36,650 bases of DNA from Nitrospirota bacterium (GTDB lineage Bacteria; JACPQY01), in the NCBI GenBank assembly GCA_016180645.1, contig JACPAV010000041.1, positions 1 through 36,650 on the forward strand, read 5' to 3'. The position numbers and the translations under genes were made by a program. This document shows positions 18,398 through 27,660 of this stretch, in pieces (the stretch's first letter is position 1; each line of letters starts with the position of its first letter). The notes under the pieces were generated by a model. It ran no database searches. It was not told the origin of the DNA and saw nothing but the letters and a program-made list of their open reading frames with translations.

Positions 18398-19971
18398 GGT
18401 TGGCCGCTCACACCTTCAAGGGCTTCCGGGTGTTCTGCGGGGGGAATTTCCGAAACTACCTGCGGGATCACGGCACCGGATGCCTCGTTCAAGTCTCCCA
18501 CGGGGCTTACGATGGCGGCGGCTTGTTCCAGCATCGAGCGAGCGCCCGCGGGCATCCATATTCCCAGGATGAGGAGAAAACCGAGGGGCGCCCAGATGAG
18601 GAATCTCGCCGTCCCGCCTGATGTGTCAGGATGCGCTCTGTCTCGTTTCCCGGCCCACACCACCGGAAGGACCAATCGCAACGCCCCGGTTAGGACGATG
18701 AACAGACCGACGAGGAGCGCCGCAAGTGGGGCCCATGCACGTTGATCGACGGCGGCGCGCGCGACCTGAAATTCGCTCATGAACGTGGCGAACGGCGCGA
18801 GGCCGACGAGTGCGAGCAGCGCGGCGTAGAGGCCCGTTCCCCACGCCGGCACATCGCGCGAGGCCCCGGCCAGGCGGTCCAAATCGTACGATCCGTGTTC
18901 CTGCCCGAGACGGCCGGCCGAGAAGAACGCGACGCACTTGCCCAAGGAGTGATTGAGAGTGTGGAACATCGCCGCAAACGCGCCGGCAGGTCCCAGCCCG
19001 AGCCCCAACGCGATGATTCCAATGTGCTCCACGCTGCTGTAGGCGAGGAGGCGTTTCACGTCCTGTTGGGTGACGATGAACACCGCCGCGACGGCGATGG
19101 AGAAGCTGCCGAAGAAGATGAGAACCTGGTGGGACCAGCCCGCGTGTCCCGTCGCCCCTTCCACAATGGGGAGATATCTTGCAATGCAATAAAGTGCGGT
19201 GCTGAGGAGAAAGCCCGAGAACATGGCGGAAACCGGGGCCGGGGCCTGGCTGTGTGCATCGGGGAGCCAGCCGTGGAGGGGTGCGATCCCGGCTTTCGTT
19301 CCGTAGCCAACCAGCAGGAATAGGAAGGCGACTTTGATCGGGGTTGGGCTGAGGGCGGCCGAGTGCGCCACGAGATCGGTCCACAGGAGGCTCTGGGACG
19401 CTCCCATGTCCACCCCCCGGGCCGAAGTGCCGACCAACAGAGTGCCCATGAAGGCGAAGGCGACGCCGACCGAACACATGACGAGGTACTTCCACATGGC
19501 TTCGAGCGAAGCGGAGGTTCGGTTTAGGCTGATCAGAAAGGCCGTCATGAGCGTGGTCGCCTCCAAGCCCACCCACATCAGGCCGAGGTTGTTGGAGGTC
19601 AGAACCAGCGTAATGGCCGTGAGGGCGCCGAGCCACAGCGCTCCGAACTGGCGGGCGCGACGAAGGGGAAATTCATTCCTCCCGATGGCCGCGTGGAAGT
19701 AGAGGCGGGCGTAGACCGAGCTGAGGAGGAACACCGCCGACAGAATCATGTGGTGAAACGCGGAAAGGGCGTCAATCCGCAACCAACCGCCGGGCGTTGC
19801 GAGTGGTCCCCCTGAAAATACGGTGCAGGCCACGCCGCAAGCCGCCGCGGCAAACACGGCCACGACGCCGGCCACCCACCCGAGCACACCGGAAGGCGAG
19901 CGGGCGACAAGGATCCCTGCCGCGCCGAGGGGCGGGATGAGCAATGGAAGGATGATCCAGATCGGCTGCAT
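18394..19971 (-). CDS. hyfF: Proton-translocating antiporter-like membrane subunit (HyfF-like)
   Basis: Polytopic; EATTL, EAMWKY, GYGTKAG.APLH.WLPDAHSQAPAPVSA and KRLLAYSSVEH. Confidence 0.9.
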   Translation of the reverse strand: MQPIWIILPLLIPPLGAAGILVARSPSGVLGWVAGVVAVFAAAACGVACTVFSGGPLATPGGWLRIDALSAFHHMILSAVFLLSSVYARLYFHAAIGRNEFPLRRARQFGALWLGALTAITLVLTSNNLGLMWVGLEATTLMTAFLISLNRTSASLEAMWKYLVMCSVGVAFAFMGTLLVGTSARGVDMGASQSLLWTDLVAHSAALSPTPIKVAFLFLLVGYGTKAGIAPLHGWLPDAHSQAPAPVSAMFSGFLLSTALYCIARYLPIVEGATGHAGWSHQVLIFFGSFSIAVAAVFIVTQQDVKRLLAYSSVEHIGIIALGLGLGPAGAFAAMFHTLNHSLGKCVAFFSAGRLGQEHGSYDLDRLAGASRDVPAWGTGLYAALLALVGLAPFATFMSEFQVARAAVDQRAWAPLAALLVGLFIVLTGALRLVLPVVWAGKRDRAHPDTSGGTARFLIWAPLGFLLILGIWMPAGARSMLEQAAAIVSPVGDLNEASGAVIPQVVSEIPPAEHPEALEGVSGQP

Positions 19972-19972
19972 C

Positions 19973-20608
19973 TTATCCTTTCAACGAATCCATCTGGTCG
20001 GCATCGATGTGATCGAAAGCCCGATTGATCTGCTGGAGCGCTATACCCATGACGAACACGGCGACGAAGACGTCCATCAAAACCCCGAGCTCGACCAGGA
20101 ACGGAATCTCACCCACTACCGCGACGCCGAACGCATAGATTCCGTTTTCCATCACCAGGAAACCAAGGACCTGCGTCAGCGCCTTTCGCCTCGCCACAAT
20201 GAGGAAGAGTCCCGTGAGAATGCTGAACAGGGCCGCGGGGAAGACGAGATCCGAGACCGGCCGGCCGGGGAACGGGAAACGCGTGCCCATCCAGAATGAG
20301 GCGGCGAGGACCGTGATGCCGATGACCATCGAGCTGGAATATCCGATGTACGGCTGCCTCTCGCGCCGGACGTTTGCCTGTTTCACCGCGCGAAAAAGGA
20401 GTCGCGGGAAAACGATTCCTTTGAGGGCCATCGTTCCCAGCGAGAGGACCACGGCGCGAATCGTGATCCCGTCCGAGCGGATCAGAAGGGGGAGGATGGA
20501 AATAATGGCGCCTTGAAGCGCGACGAGACGGATCAACCGGCTTGCACCCAGGAGGAGGAGATTCAGGAGAATCGAGGAGACCAGAACCGAATTGACCCAG
20601 ACGAGCAT
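19973..20608 (-). CDS. hyfE: HyfE-like membrane subunit
   Basis: Hydrophobic; QVLGFLVMENG, P.LVELG..MD; operon position. Confidence 0.85.
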   Translation of the reverse strand: MLVWVNSVLVSSILLNLLLLGASRLIRLVALQGAIISILPLLIRSDGITIRAVVLSLGTMALKGIVFPRLLFRAVKQANVRRERQPYIGYSSSMVIGITVLAASFWMGTRFPFPGRPVSDLVFPAALFSILTGLFLIVARRKALTQVLGFLVMENGIYAFGVAVVGEIPFLVELGVLMDVFVAVFVMGIALQQINRAFDHIDADQMDSLKG

Positions 20609-20611
20609 GGC

Positions 20612-21508
20612 TCAGGCCACCGCCAGCACGAGGGCAAGGGCGGACATCACGGCTGCGCCGACCAGAAGTTTGGGCACGGCGAGAAGTCTAAGGCGTGGAA
20701 GTATCGATTCCACCACGCCGGTGACCACGGCGAGCCCGAGGAGCGCCACAGGGAAAACGAGGGGACCCCATGCCGATCCGCCCAGGGGAAGCAGGACACC
20801 CGCGACGAGAGATGCCAGAATCCAAAGCTTGAGGGCGGAGGTGTATTGGATGAAGCCAAGATCCGGTCCGCCATGATCGAGGACCATCACCTCGTGGATC
20901 ATCGTCAGTTCCAGATGGGTGTTGGGATCGTCCACGGGAATCCGCGCATTCTCCGACAGAAGAACGATCCCGAAGGCCGTGGACGTGAGAAGCAGGGCGG
21001 GGAGGTGGGCGCGCCACAGTTCGGGAGTGAGAGCGGAAAACATCTCTGTGATGGAAAGGGTGCCGGTGATTCGCGCGAGTACCCCGAGGCCAAGGAGAAG
21101 GGCCGGTTCGGCGAGTGCGGAGAACTGAACCTCGCGGCTCGCTCCCATCCCTTCGAAGCTGGAGCCGGTGTCGAGAGCGGCGATGACGGTGAAGAAACGC
21201 GAAATGCCCATAAGATACGCCAGGAGGATGAGATCCCCCTCGAACGCGACCGGTCCGGTGGCGCCGCCGAGGGGCAGGATGAGGCATGCAGCCGCGGTTG
21301 CGCCGAGACCCACGACCGGTCCAGCCCTGAAGATCCACGTGGTGGTTCCGCTGTAGACGGCGCCTTTCCGCAGAAGTTTCCAGACATCGAAGTAAGGTTG
21401 GAGGAACGGCGCGCCGCGCCGTCCAGCGAATACGGCCTTGGTCCGGTTGATGACTCCGAAAAGGAGAGGCGCGAGCAGGAAGGGGATCAGGGCGTGGACG
21501 AGAATCAT
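20612..21508 (-). CDS. hyfC: HyfC/HycD (NuoH-like) membrane subunit
   Basis: GRRGAP.LQPY.D..KL..K, DTGSSFEGMGASRE and ENARIPVDDPNTHLELTMIHE. Start set at ATG 21508. Confidence 0.9.
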   Translation of the reverse strand: MILVHALIPFLLAPLLFGVINRTKAVFAGRRGAPFLQPYFDVWKLLRKGAVYSGTTTWIFRAGPVVGLGATAAACLILPLGGATGPVAFEGDLILLAYLMGISRFFTVIAALDTGSSFEGMGASREVQFSALAEPALLLGLGVLARITGTLSITEMFSALTPELWRAHLPALLLTSTAFGIVLLSENARIPVDDPNTHLELTMIHEVMVLDHGGPDLGFIQYTSALKLWILASLVAGVLLPLGGSAWGPLVFPVALLGLAVVTGVVESILPRLRLLAVPKLLVGAAVMSALALVLAVA

Positions 21509-21515
21509 TTCGGAT

Positions 21516-23510
21516 TCACCCCAGCTTGAGAATGAGGAGGACGAAAAGCGTGGCAGCGAGATAGAGCACATAGAGCTGAAGTCGTCCATGCTGGAAACTC
21601 TTGAACCGTGCGAACAGCAGCTCGGCGGCGCGGAAAGCCGGCGCGAAAAACTCTTCGGAGGCGGCATCAGGGGTTTCCGTGGCGTAGCGGGCCGAGCGCG
21701 GGAAATATCCGTCGACGTTGATCGCATGTTTTCTTGTCCGCAGGACTCTTCCGAACAGGTCCGTGAGAGGTTGAGCAAACGAGGAAGCGGTGTATTGCAT
21801 CCGAGCGGCCGGTCTTGCGTACCCGCAGTCCCACGTGACCGTTTGTTTCACGGATCGTCCTCTCAAAAGCCGATTCCTGACCACGGCCACCACGCCCGCC
21901 ATGCCGACGAGGACGGCCACTCCGATGGAGAGAGACCGGGCGATGGTGGAAAGTTCTTCAAGGCCCGGGAGGCCGCCATCCATCGCGGGGATAAACTGTC
22001 CCACAACGGGGACGACCCATTGAAGCGCGTAGGGCGCGGCCAGTCCGATGGCCACGCAGAGGCCCGCGAGAATGAACATCGGGACTCGCATCCATGGGCC
22101 GACTTCATGGGCCCTCTCGGCGTGAGTGGATCGCGGCGAACCCAGGAACACGATCCCGAAGGCTTTGGTGAAGCAGGCACAGGCCAGACCGCCGATGAGC
22201 GCGAGGCTGACGATGACCGCGGCGGAGGCCGCGGGCCAGGGCATCGAATCCAATGCGCCCCGGAACGCGCCGACGTAGATGAACAACTCGCTCACGAAAC
22301 CGTTCAGGGGAGGAAGCCCGGAGATGGCGATGCTTCCCACGAGGAACGTGAGAGCGGTCCAGGGCATGGTCTTGGCGAGTCCGCCGAGATGGTCGATGTC
22401 GCGGGTTCCCGTGGCTTTCGCCACCGCACCAGCGCCAAGGAACAGTAGACCCTTGAAGACGGCATGGTTGAGAACGTGGAGAATGCCTCCGGCGAATCCG
22501 GCCACGGCCAGGGTGGGGCGACCGGTGGCCAATCCGAGGACGCCCAGACCGATGCCGAGTGTGATGATGCCGATGTTTTCGATGCTGTGGTAAGCGAGGA
22601 GCCGTTTGAGATCGTGTTGGGCCAATGCGAAGAGGACACCCAGCACGCCCGATGTTGCGCCGATGGCGATGAGCGCCCAGCCCCAGGTCGGCGATGGCGT
22701 TCCCATCAGGAGCAACATGCGCAGTAGCCCGTAGATTCCCGTTTTGATCATCACGCCGGACATCAGGGCGGAGACGTGACTTGGTGCCGCGGGATGGGCC
22801 TCGGGCAGCCAGACGTGGAGCGGCACGAATCCGGCCTTGGTGCCGAAGCCGACGAGAGCCATGACGAAGATCGCGGTGGGGTGGGCCCACCGGCCGCCGA
22901 CATCGCTCCACCGGTCGAAGTCGTAGGAGCCGGCCTGCTGTCCCATCAGGAGGAACAGGACCAGCACGAACGCGGCCCCGGCCTGGCTGGCCACCAGATA
23001 GATCCATCCGGCCTTCCGCACCGAATCCTCTTGATGCTCGGAGGTGACGAGGAAAAACGAGGTTAGGGCCATGGCCTCCCATGCGATGAGAAAAAAGAGT
23101 GCGTTCCGGGCCAGAACCACCACGGCCATGCTGAGCACGAGACCGGCGAAGAAGAATTCCCGGGCGCCGGTCTTGCCGTGAGGGGCCTCGCCCCGGGTGT
23201 ACTCCACGCCGTAAATGGCAGAGAGGGCGCTGAGGCCCAGAATGGCGAGCAGGAAAAATGCGGAGAGAGGGTCGAGCTCGATGGACAGCCGGCCGAAGGG
23301 CATGGCCCATTCGATTGCGGCCGAGACGGGATGTGCGCCGGCAAGCACGGCGATCGCGGGGACCATCCCGAGAATCGAGCCGGTGGCGACCACGCCCGCT
23401 CCAAGCCGACGCGCCGTGTCGGAGCCTCGCACGAGGAGGCAGGCCACGCCGCCGGCGGCGATAATGAAAAGGCCGGACAGGAGCGTGACCAGCAGGAGCG
23501 TCTCGGCCAT
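21516..23510 (-). CDS. hyfB: HyfB-like (NuoL/M-type) antiporter-like membrane subunit
   Basis: AWEAM, GFGTKAG.VPLHVWLPEAHPAAPSHVSALMSG, KRLLAYHSIEN, PPLNGFVSE, TWDCGY and RMQYT. Confidence 0.9.
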   Translation of the reverse strand: MAETLLLVTLLSGLFIIAAGGVACLLVRGSDTARRLGAGVVATGSILGMVPAIAVLAGAHPVSAAIEWAMPFGRLSIELDPLSAFFLLAILGLSALSAIYGVEYTRGEAPHGKTGAREFFFAGLVLSMAVVVLARNALFFLIAWEAMALTSFFLVTSEHQEDSVRKAGWIYLVASQAGAAFVLVLFLLMGQQAGSYDFDRWSDVGGRWAHPTAIFVMALVGFGTKAGFVPLHVWLPEAHPAAPSHVSALMSGVMIKTGIYGLLRMLLLMGTPSPTWGWALIAIGATSGVLGVLFALAQHDLKRLLAYHSIENIGIITLGIGLGVLGLATGRPTLAVAGFAGGILHVLNHAVFKGLLFLGAGAVAKATGTRDIDHLGGLAKTMPWTALTFLVGSIAISGLPPLNGFVSELFIYVGAFRGALDSMPWPAASAAVIVSLALIGGLACACFTKAFGIVFLGSPRSTHAERAHEVGPWMRVPMFILAGLCVAIGLAAPYALQWVVPVVGQFIPAMDGGLPGLEELSTIARSLSIGVAVLVGMAGVVAVVRNRLLRGRSVKQTVTWDCGYARPAARMQYTASSFAQPLTDLFGRVLRTRKHAINVDGYFPRSARYATETPDAASEEFFAPAFRAAELLFARFKSFQHGRLQLYVLYLAATLFVLLILKLG

Positions 23511-23545
23511 GGGGTTCTGGATCTTCCCTGAAAAACGAGCAGGTC

Positions 23546-23893
23546 CTAAACTCGCGCGAGGTTCTTCAGAAGAGTTTCGCTCTCGCGCAGCTTCTTCCGG
23601 AGAATTTCGGCGATCGGGCGGAGGACGCGGAAGATGTCCCGGTCCTTGATGGCATAGAAGACGTTCGACTTGGCCTGTCGCGAAGTGAGAATGCCGGCCT
23701 GCCGGAGAATGGCGAGGTGCTTGGACAGGCTGGATTGCTCCACGCCGAGGTCCTGCACCATGCGGCCCACGGTCGCTTCGCTCTTTTTCAGGTATTCGAT
23801 GACGGCGAGGCGGACCGGGTGGGCCAGCGCCCCTAGAAAATCGGCTTTGATCTTGAACACGAGATCCGACCCGCGATTACCAGAGATGGCCAT
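23546..23893 (-). CDS. ArsR/SmtB-family transcriptional regulator heading the operon
   Basis: ALAHPVRL.VI..L, EQSSLSKHLAILRQAG and VFY. Confidence 0.9.
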   Translation of the reverse strand: MAISGNRGSDLVFKIKADFLGALAHPVRLAVIEYLKKSEATVGRMVQDLGVEQSSLSKHLAILRQAGILTSRQAKSNVFYAIKDRDIFRVLRPIAEILRKKLRESETLLKNLARV

Positions 23894-23912
23894 ATGCGAA
23901 TGCTATCATATG
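23891..23912. promoter_or_regulatory. Candidate ArsR operator (CATATG-N10-CATATG) overlapping the arsR start
   Basis: catatgcgaatgctatcatatg; TTGACA on the minus strand at 23955-23950. Confidence 0.45.
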
Positions 23913-24171
23913 TTCACGCCGCCATTCCCTACACCCGCGGGGCGGCGCGTGTCAAGCGGAGTGTGGTGCTCGGCGGTAAGGGTCCTGGCCCCGCTCATGG
24001 TTCGATTCGCTGCGGCGGACTTACCGCGATGAAAGGACTTCATTGAATCCTCTGAACCGCCCCGTCCGCCTTACGCAATATGCAAGATTGACCCGCAGCC
24101 CCGAGGTCCACCCGGCACTGGGGGTTGATGAAATTCGGCTCCAGGGAGACAATGCTCGGGTGGGAGTTGTA

Positions 24172-26028
24172 TTGGGTGCGAGCCGGTCTCGGATCTGGAA
24201 AGGGATGATGTTGGGCCTCTTCGGGCTAGGTTGTGCGAAAGAGACCCCCCTCGTGGAAATCTCGGTCGTAAACGTCTCGACTCGGTCGAAATCGTATGCG
24301 GGAGATCCCGCCAACTGGATTCCAAAGAGCGGCTTCGCCGTTCCACGGGCGGTTTGTCCTGGAGAGACTGAGAGAAGTGCAACCTGGCTCACGGCACTCG
24401 ATGAGTCCTGCCGAACTCAGGTTGGAAAGTGGGTGAATGATCATTTCCTTCGCTACGGGGACGTGAGAGGTGCGGGCGGGGGCGGGTGGAATGGTCAGGT
24501 TGCCTTCCTTCCTCTGCCCATATTTGACCAAGTTGCCTTGAACTTTGATGTGAAGGTACGACGTCACGAGCTTGTGACCCTGTCACTAGCATTGGACGGT
24601 CGAGAGATCCCGATTTCGTTCGATCGGCGGATGGCGACGGACAACGACTTTGGGCCGGGAGTCCTTGTGCGAACGGAGCCGACGTTCCCCGCGCAGTGGT
24701 CCATAGTCGTGCGCATCCAGGTGGATCTTGATACGGGGAAGTTCTCGCAGGACCCCCACACCCTCGATGTCCGCTGGGAGCAAACCGATGGCCCCGGGGG
24801 GCGGAAACGCCTCTATTTCGCACCGGTCCTTGATGCGAGTGCCGTTGCTTGGGAATCGGAGAGCATCCTTTGGGTGGGCACGCTGAGCCAGGGGGTGATG
24901 AAACTCGATCTTGGAAAAGATCTCGAATCGCCGGCGGACGACAGCGTCGAGCGGTATTTTCCCGATCTCCCACCTGGGGGGACCGTCATGGCACTCCACA
25001 AGTCGAGTTCGGGGGACCTCTGGATTGGATATGGATTGTCCTGGGGTGGCATTGCTGTCATCGGCAAAGGGAAAATGAGGAGCGACACCGGTCCTTGGCT
25101 CGTGCTCGATTTTGCAGACATTTCGCCCGAACTTGTGGGTTTCGTCGGTTTGAACCAGGGCATCGTGGCCAAAGACTCGAATCTGAATACACGTTGGAAA
25201 TTTTACAAGCGCGCGGATCCTCTCCCCGACAATGATACTTCAGGGTTGGACGTTGACCCAAAGGGGCATATCTGGGCCACGACTTTCGATCTGTCCAGTC
25301 CGGTCCTGTTCTCGTCGGCGGACCCAGACGTGGACGGCGTGGCGGTTTTAAAACTCAATGAATCTCGCGACGCCGCGAAGTGGGTAACCAATTTCGGCGT
25401 GCAGGACGGGCTCCGATCGGACTATCTTCTTGGAGTTTCACATGATCAAGCCGGGCGCATCTGGTTCCAGACACGCGCCGGGATTGAGGTGTTGGACTAT
25501 GGGAGCGATCCCGAGGACAAGTCGGATGACCGTTGGGAGAGGATAGGACCCGGCATGGCACAGGCGGTAGTCCACCTGCCACGGGGACGAGCCATGGTCT
25601 CCACTGCCGCGGTATACGTTGAGGACGTTGATGGGAATCCGAGGCTGTCCCAGGAGAATGCGCTTTGGCTGCTCCAGTACACGGACCTCTTGTCCAAAGA
25701 TGCAAGCACTCGTATCACGCCGATCAAGGAGTTGATCGGGAGGAGTGGCGATGCGGCCATGAGCGAGGCCGGGGTTGCTGCGATTGCCCCCTGTTCGGGG
25801 AAGAACACCGAGTGCTACTTTGGTAATGATGAGGGTAAAGCCTTGGATGGTGTGGTTCGTTTCTCAGAGAACAGCGATTCGGGTGTCCTCTTTCAAATCT
25901 TTCCTTGTCAGGGAATTTCGTTCGTTCGGATTGAGTCGGGCGACGCCGGCGGAGATTCAGCACAGGTCTGGCATCTTCTTCGCAGCTCAAGTCTCGATTG
26001 CGGCCAAGTGTTCCTCCCTGCCCCCTAG
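24172..26028 (+). CDS. Hypothetical lipoprotein with beta-propeller (two-component-regulator-propeller-like) repeats
   Basis: Lipobox LFGLG-C and repeated G.(L/I)W.(G/A)T blades; DGLRSDY...DQAGRIWFQTRAG. Start uncertain (24160, 24172 or 24205). Confidence 0.6.
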   Translation: MGASRSRIWKGMMLGLFGLGCAKETPLVEISVVNVSTRSKSYAGDPANWIPKSGFAVPRAVCPGETERSATWLTALDESCRTQVGKWVNDHFLRYGDVRGAGGGGWNGQVAFLPLPIFDQVALNFDVKVRRHELVTLSLALDGREIPISFDRRMATDNDFGPGVLVRTEPTFPAQWSIVVRIQVDLDTGKFSQDPHTLDVRWEQTDGPGGRKRLYFAPVLDASAVAWESESILWVGTLSQGVMKLDLGKDLESPADDSVERYFPDLPPGGTVMALHKSSSGDLWIGYGLSWGGIAVIGKGKMRSDTGPWLVLDFADISPELVGFVGLNQGIVAKDSNLNTRWKFYKRADPLPDNDTSGLDVDPKGHIWATTFDLSSPVLFSSADPDVDGVAVLKLNESRDAAKWVTNFGVQDGLRSDYLLGVSHDQAGRIWFQTRAGIEVLDYGSDPEDKSDDRWERIGPGMAQAVVHLPRGRAMVSTAAVYVEDVDGNPRLSQENALWLLQYTDLLSKDASTRITPIKELIGRSGDAAMSEAGVAAIAPCSGKNTECYFGNDEGKALDGVVRFSENSDSGVLFQIFPCQGISFVRIESGDAGGDSAQVWHLLRSSSLDCGQVFLPAP

Positions 26029-26033
26029 CCGCT

Positions 26034-26078
26034 GGGGTCAATGCTGAATGTTGAATGTCAACATTCAGCATTGATTCC
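26034..26078. repeat. Perfect 17-bp inverted repeat of the GGGGTCAATGCTGAATGTTGA family
   Basis: tcaatgctgaatgttga (26038-26054), atg loop, tcaacattcagcattga (26058-26074). Confidence 0.9.
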
Positions 26079-26136
26079 ATGAAAGAGGCGACCTCCTGCT
26101 CCATAATGGAGCGTGCGATGAAAGGAGGTCGCGATG

Positions 26137-26484
26137 ATGTATGTTGGGTTAGATCTGCACAAGAAGTTTTCGTACGTGGTGGGCACGGACGAGAAGGGAG
26201 AGACGAAGGTCCAGATGCGTTTGGAGCACCATGACGGAAGTGTGAGGGATTTTTTCGGTTCGATCCAGGAGCCCTGCCAGGTGGCGGTGGAGGCGACATC
26301 GAACTGGTATTGGTTGGTGGACGAGTTGGAGTCGATGGGGGTGGAGGTGGTATTGAGTCACCCCTCGAAGACCCGTGCGATTGCGGAGGCGAAGGAAAAG
26401 CAAAGGGCTCAAATCTTGACTTGGCACAACTTGCTCCATGGGCGATCCTCGGAAGGTCGAGTATGCTCGCGGGGTCAATGCTGA
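26137..26484 (+). pseudogene. Truncated IS110-family transposase (N-terminal DEDD domain only)
   Basis: MYVGLDLHKK, VAVEATSNWYW and V.LSHP.KTRAIAEAK; similarity is lost near 26395, before the usual KTD..DA motif. Confidence 0.85.
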
Positions 26485-26494
26485 ATGTTGACAA
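26464..26494 (+). repeat. Copy of the GGGGTCAATGCTGAA repeat
   Basis: tgctcgcggggtcaatgctgaatgttgacaa; 30/31 identical to 28243-28273. Confidence 0.9.
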
Positions 26495-26541
26495 GATCCT
26501 CGCGGCGAAGCGGCGCGATCCTGGCGCACGCCGCGACTTGA

Positions 26542-27159
26542 TCAGTCCGCCAGAGCTACCGTCTTGTCCGAAAAGTGAACGTTCAGTTTCGGCGCAACCT
26601 GCGCCATCGCCTCCATGCCAAGGAGCTTTTCACCCTCAAGTTCGTAGGCCTCCACATCCGCGGAAACATCATTAGTGCCTCCCCTCCGAATGCCGAATTT
26701 GATGAGGTGCAACCGGGCTCTGGCCGTCATTTTCCCGGCCAAGGTGATGTCCTCCTCCGCGACAAGATCGGAGCCCAATTCCGTTAGAAGTCCCCCGTCC
26801 AAGGCCAGCGCGCCGGAAAACCCCGTGTCCACGAGCATGGAAAGGTTCCCCGTCGAATCGAGAATCAGTGCGCCGCGCCTGACGGCTGCCGGGAGAAAAG
26901 GTCCAGACTGATCGACTTTCCCGCCCACAAGGATCGTTTTGAGCGCGTGGCGGGTGGGAGAACCCACGCGGACGACAAAAAAGACCGCCTTGGGGTCGGA
27001 CTTTCGGAGCCGTCCACCTCGAACCGCCTCGGCTACCGTATCGCCGACGAAATACTCACCACTGGCGGGGTCAACCGCGGCGATCTTGCCTTTCGGCGCG
27101 CCGTTCGCCGCCGCCGTGAGAGTCTTTACCGTCTCGGATGCCTTCCTGGAAAGATCCAT
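26542..27159 (-). CDS. DUF5678-like domain fused to a clan AA (retropepsin-like) aspartic protease
   Basis: N-terminal GKIAAVDP.SGEYFVGDT..EA and F.VRVG; C-terminal LVDTGFSG and LLGM. Confidence 0.7.
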   Translation of the reverse strand: MDLSRKASETVKTLTAAANGAPKGKIAAVDPASGEYFVGDTVAEAVRGGRLRKSDPKAVFFVVRVGSPTRHALKTILVGGKVDQSGPFLPAAVRRGALILDSTGNLSMLVDTGFSGALALDGGLLTELGSDLVAEEDITLAGKMTARARLHLIKFGIRRGGTNDVSADVEAYELEGEKLLGMEAMAQVAPKLNVHFSDKTVALAD

Positions 27160-27268
27160 CTCTCGCTAACTATACCCCCGTTCCTCGCGCGTCAGCAAGG
27201 TGTCGCGAGCCCAAATAATCAGACGCTATTCGGAAATCGGCAGGGTGCCAGATTCCGAACAGGGCTCC

Positions 27269-27331
27269 GGGATCAATCTTGAATATTGACTTGTTGAGAA
27301 GCGCTGAAAAGTCAATACTCAACATTGACGC
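27269..27331. repeat. Diverged palindromic copy of the GGGGTCAA..TTGAC repeat family
   Basis: gggatcaatcttgaatattgac ... gtcaatactcaacattgacgc imperfect inverted repeat. Confidence 0.65.
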
Positions 27332-27403
27332 GCTTCATCGGGTGTCATTGCGAGGAGTGCTCAACGAATCCATGTCAGCGATGGCCTGCCCGGTAGTCCC
27401 TTA

Positions 27404-27504
27404 GAGCGTCTAACAGAATGCGTAGGGGAGGGTCTTCAGACCCTCCCGACAAGAGGGAGCATCTGAAGATGCTCCCCTACGAATGGGCATTCTGTCAGAG
27501 GCTC
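27404..27504. mobile_element. 101-bp MITE-like element (17-bp TIRs, TTA duplication) enclosing a REP doublet
   Basis: GAGCGTCTAACAGAATG and CATTCTGTCAGAGGCTC (15/17 complementary); TTA at 27401-27403 and 27505-27507; internal CGTAGGGGAG...CTCCCCTACG at 27421-27481. Confidence 0.6.
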
Positions 27505-27549
27505 TTAGCTCGACTTTTGCCATTTTTTGAAAGGTTTATGTTGGTCATT

Positions 27550-27603
27550 ATGCGTAGGGGAGGGTCTTCAGACCCTCCCGACAAGAGGGAGCATCTGAAG
27601 ATG
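27550..27603. repeat. Second, truncated copy of the GTAG REP doublet
   Basis: 54 bp identical to 27418-27471. Confidence 0.9.
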
Positions 27604-27660
27604 TATGTGGACTGACCCCCATCTCTTGACAAAATAGGTCCTCTATCTTACAAGTAAGGC

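Noticed and set aside
3843-23310. Long overlapping ORFs (e.g. 3843-5270, 10363-11655, 10938-12230, 14494-15564, 17192-18745, 20513-21529, 22105-23310)
   Set aside because: Antisense or off-frame shadows of well-supported genes in high-GC DNA; Arg/Gly/Pro-rich with no motifs.
27418-27615. Two 54-bp direct repeats as a mini CRISPR array, and the 65-aa ORF spanning them
   Set aside because: Only two copies, too long, with GTAG double-hairpin REP architecture. The ORF is simply the translated repeat.
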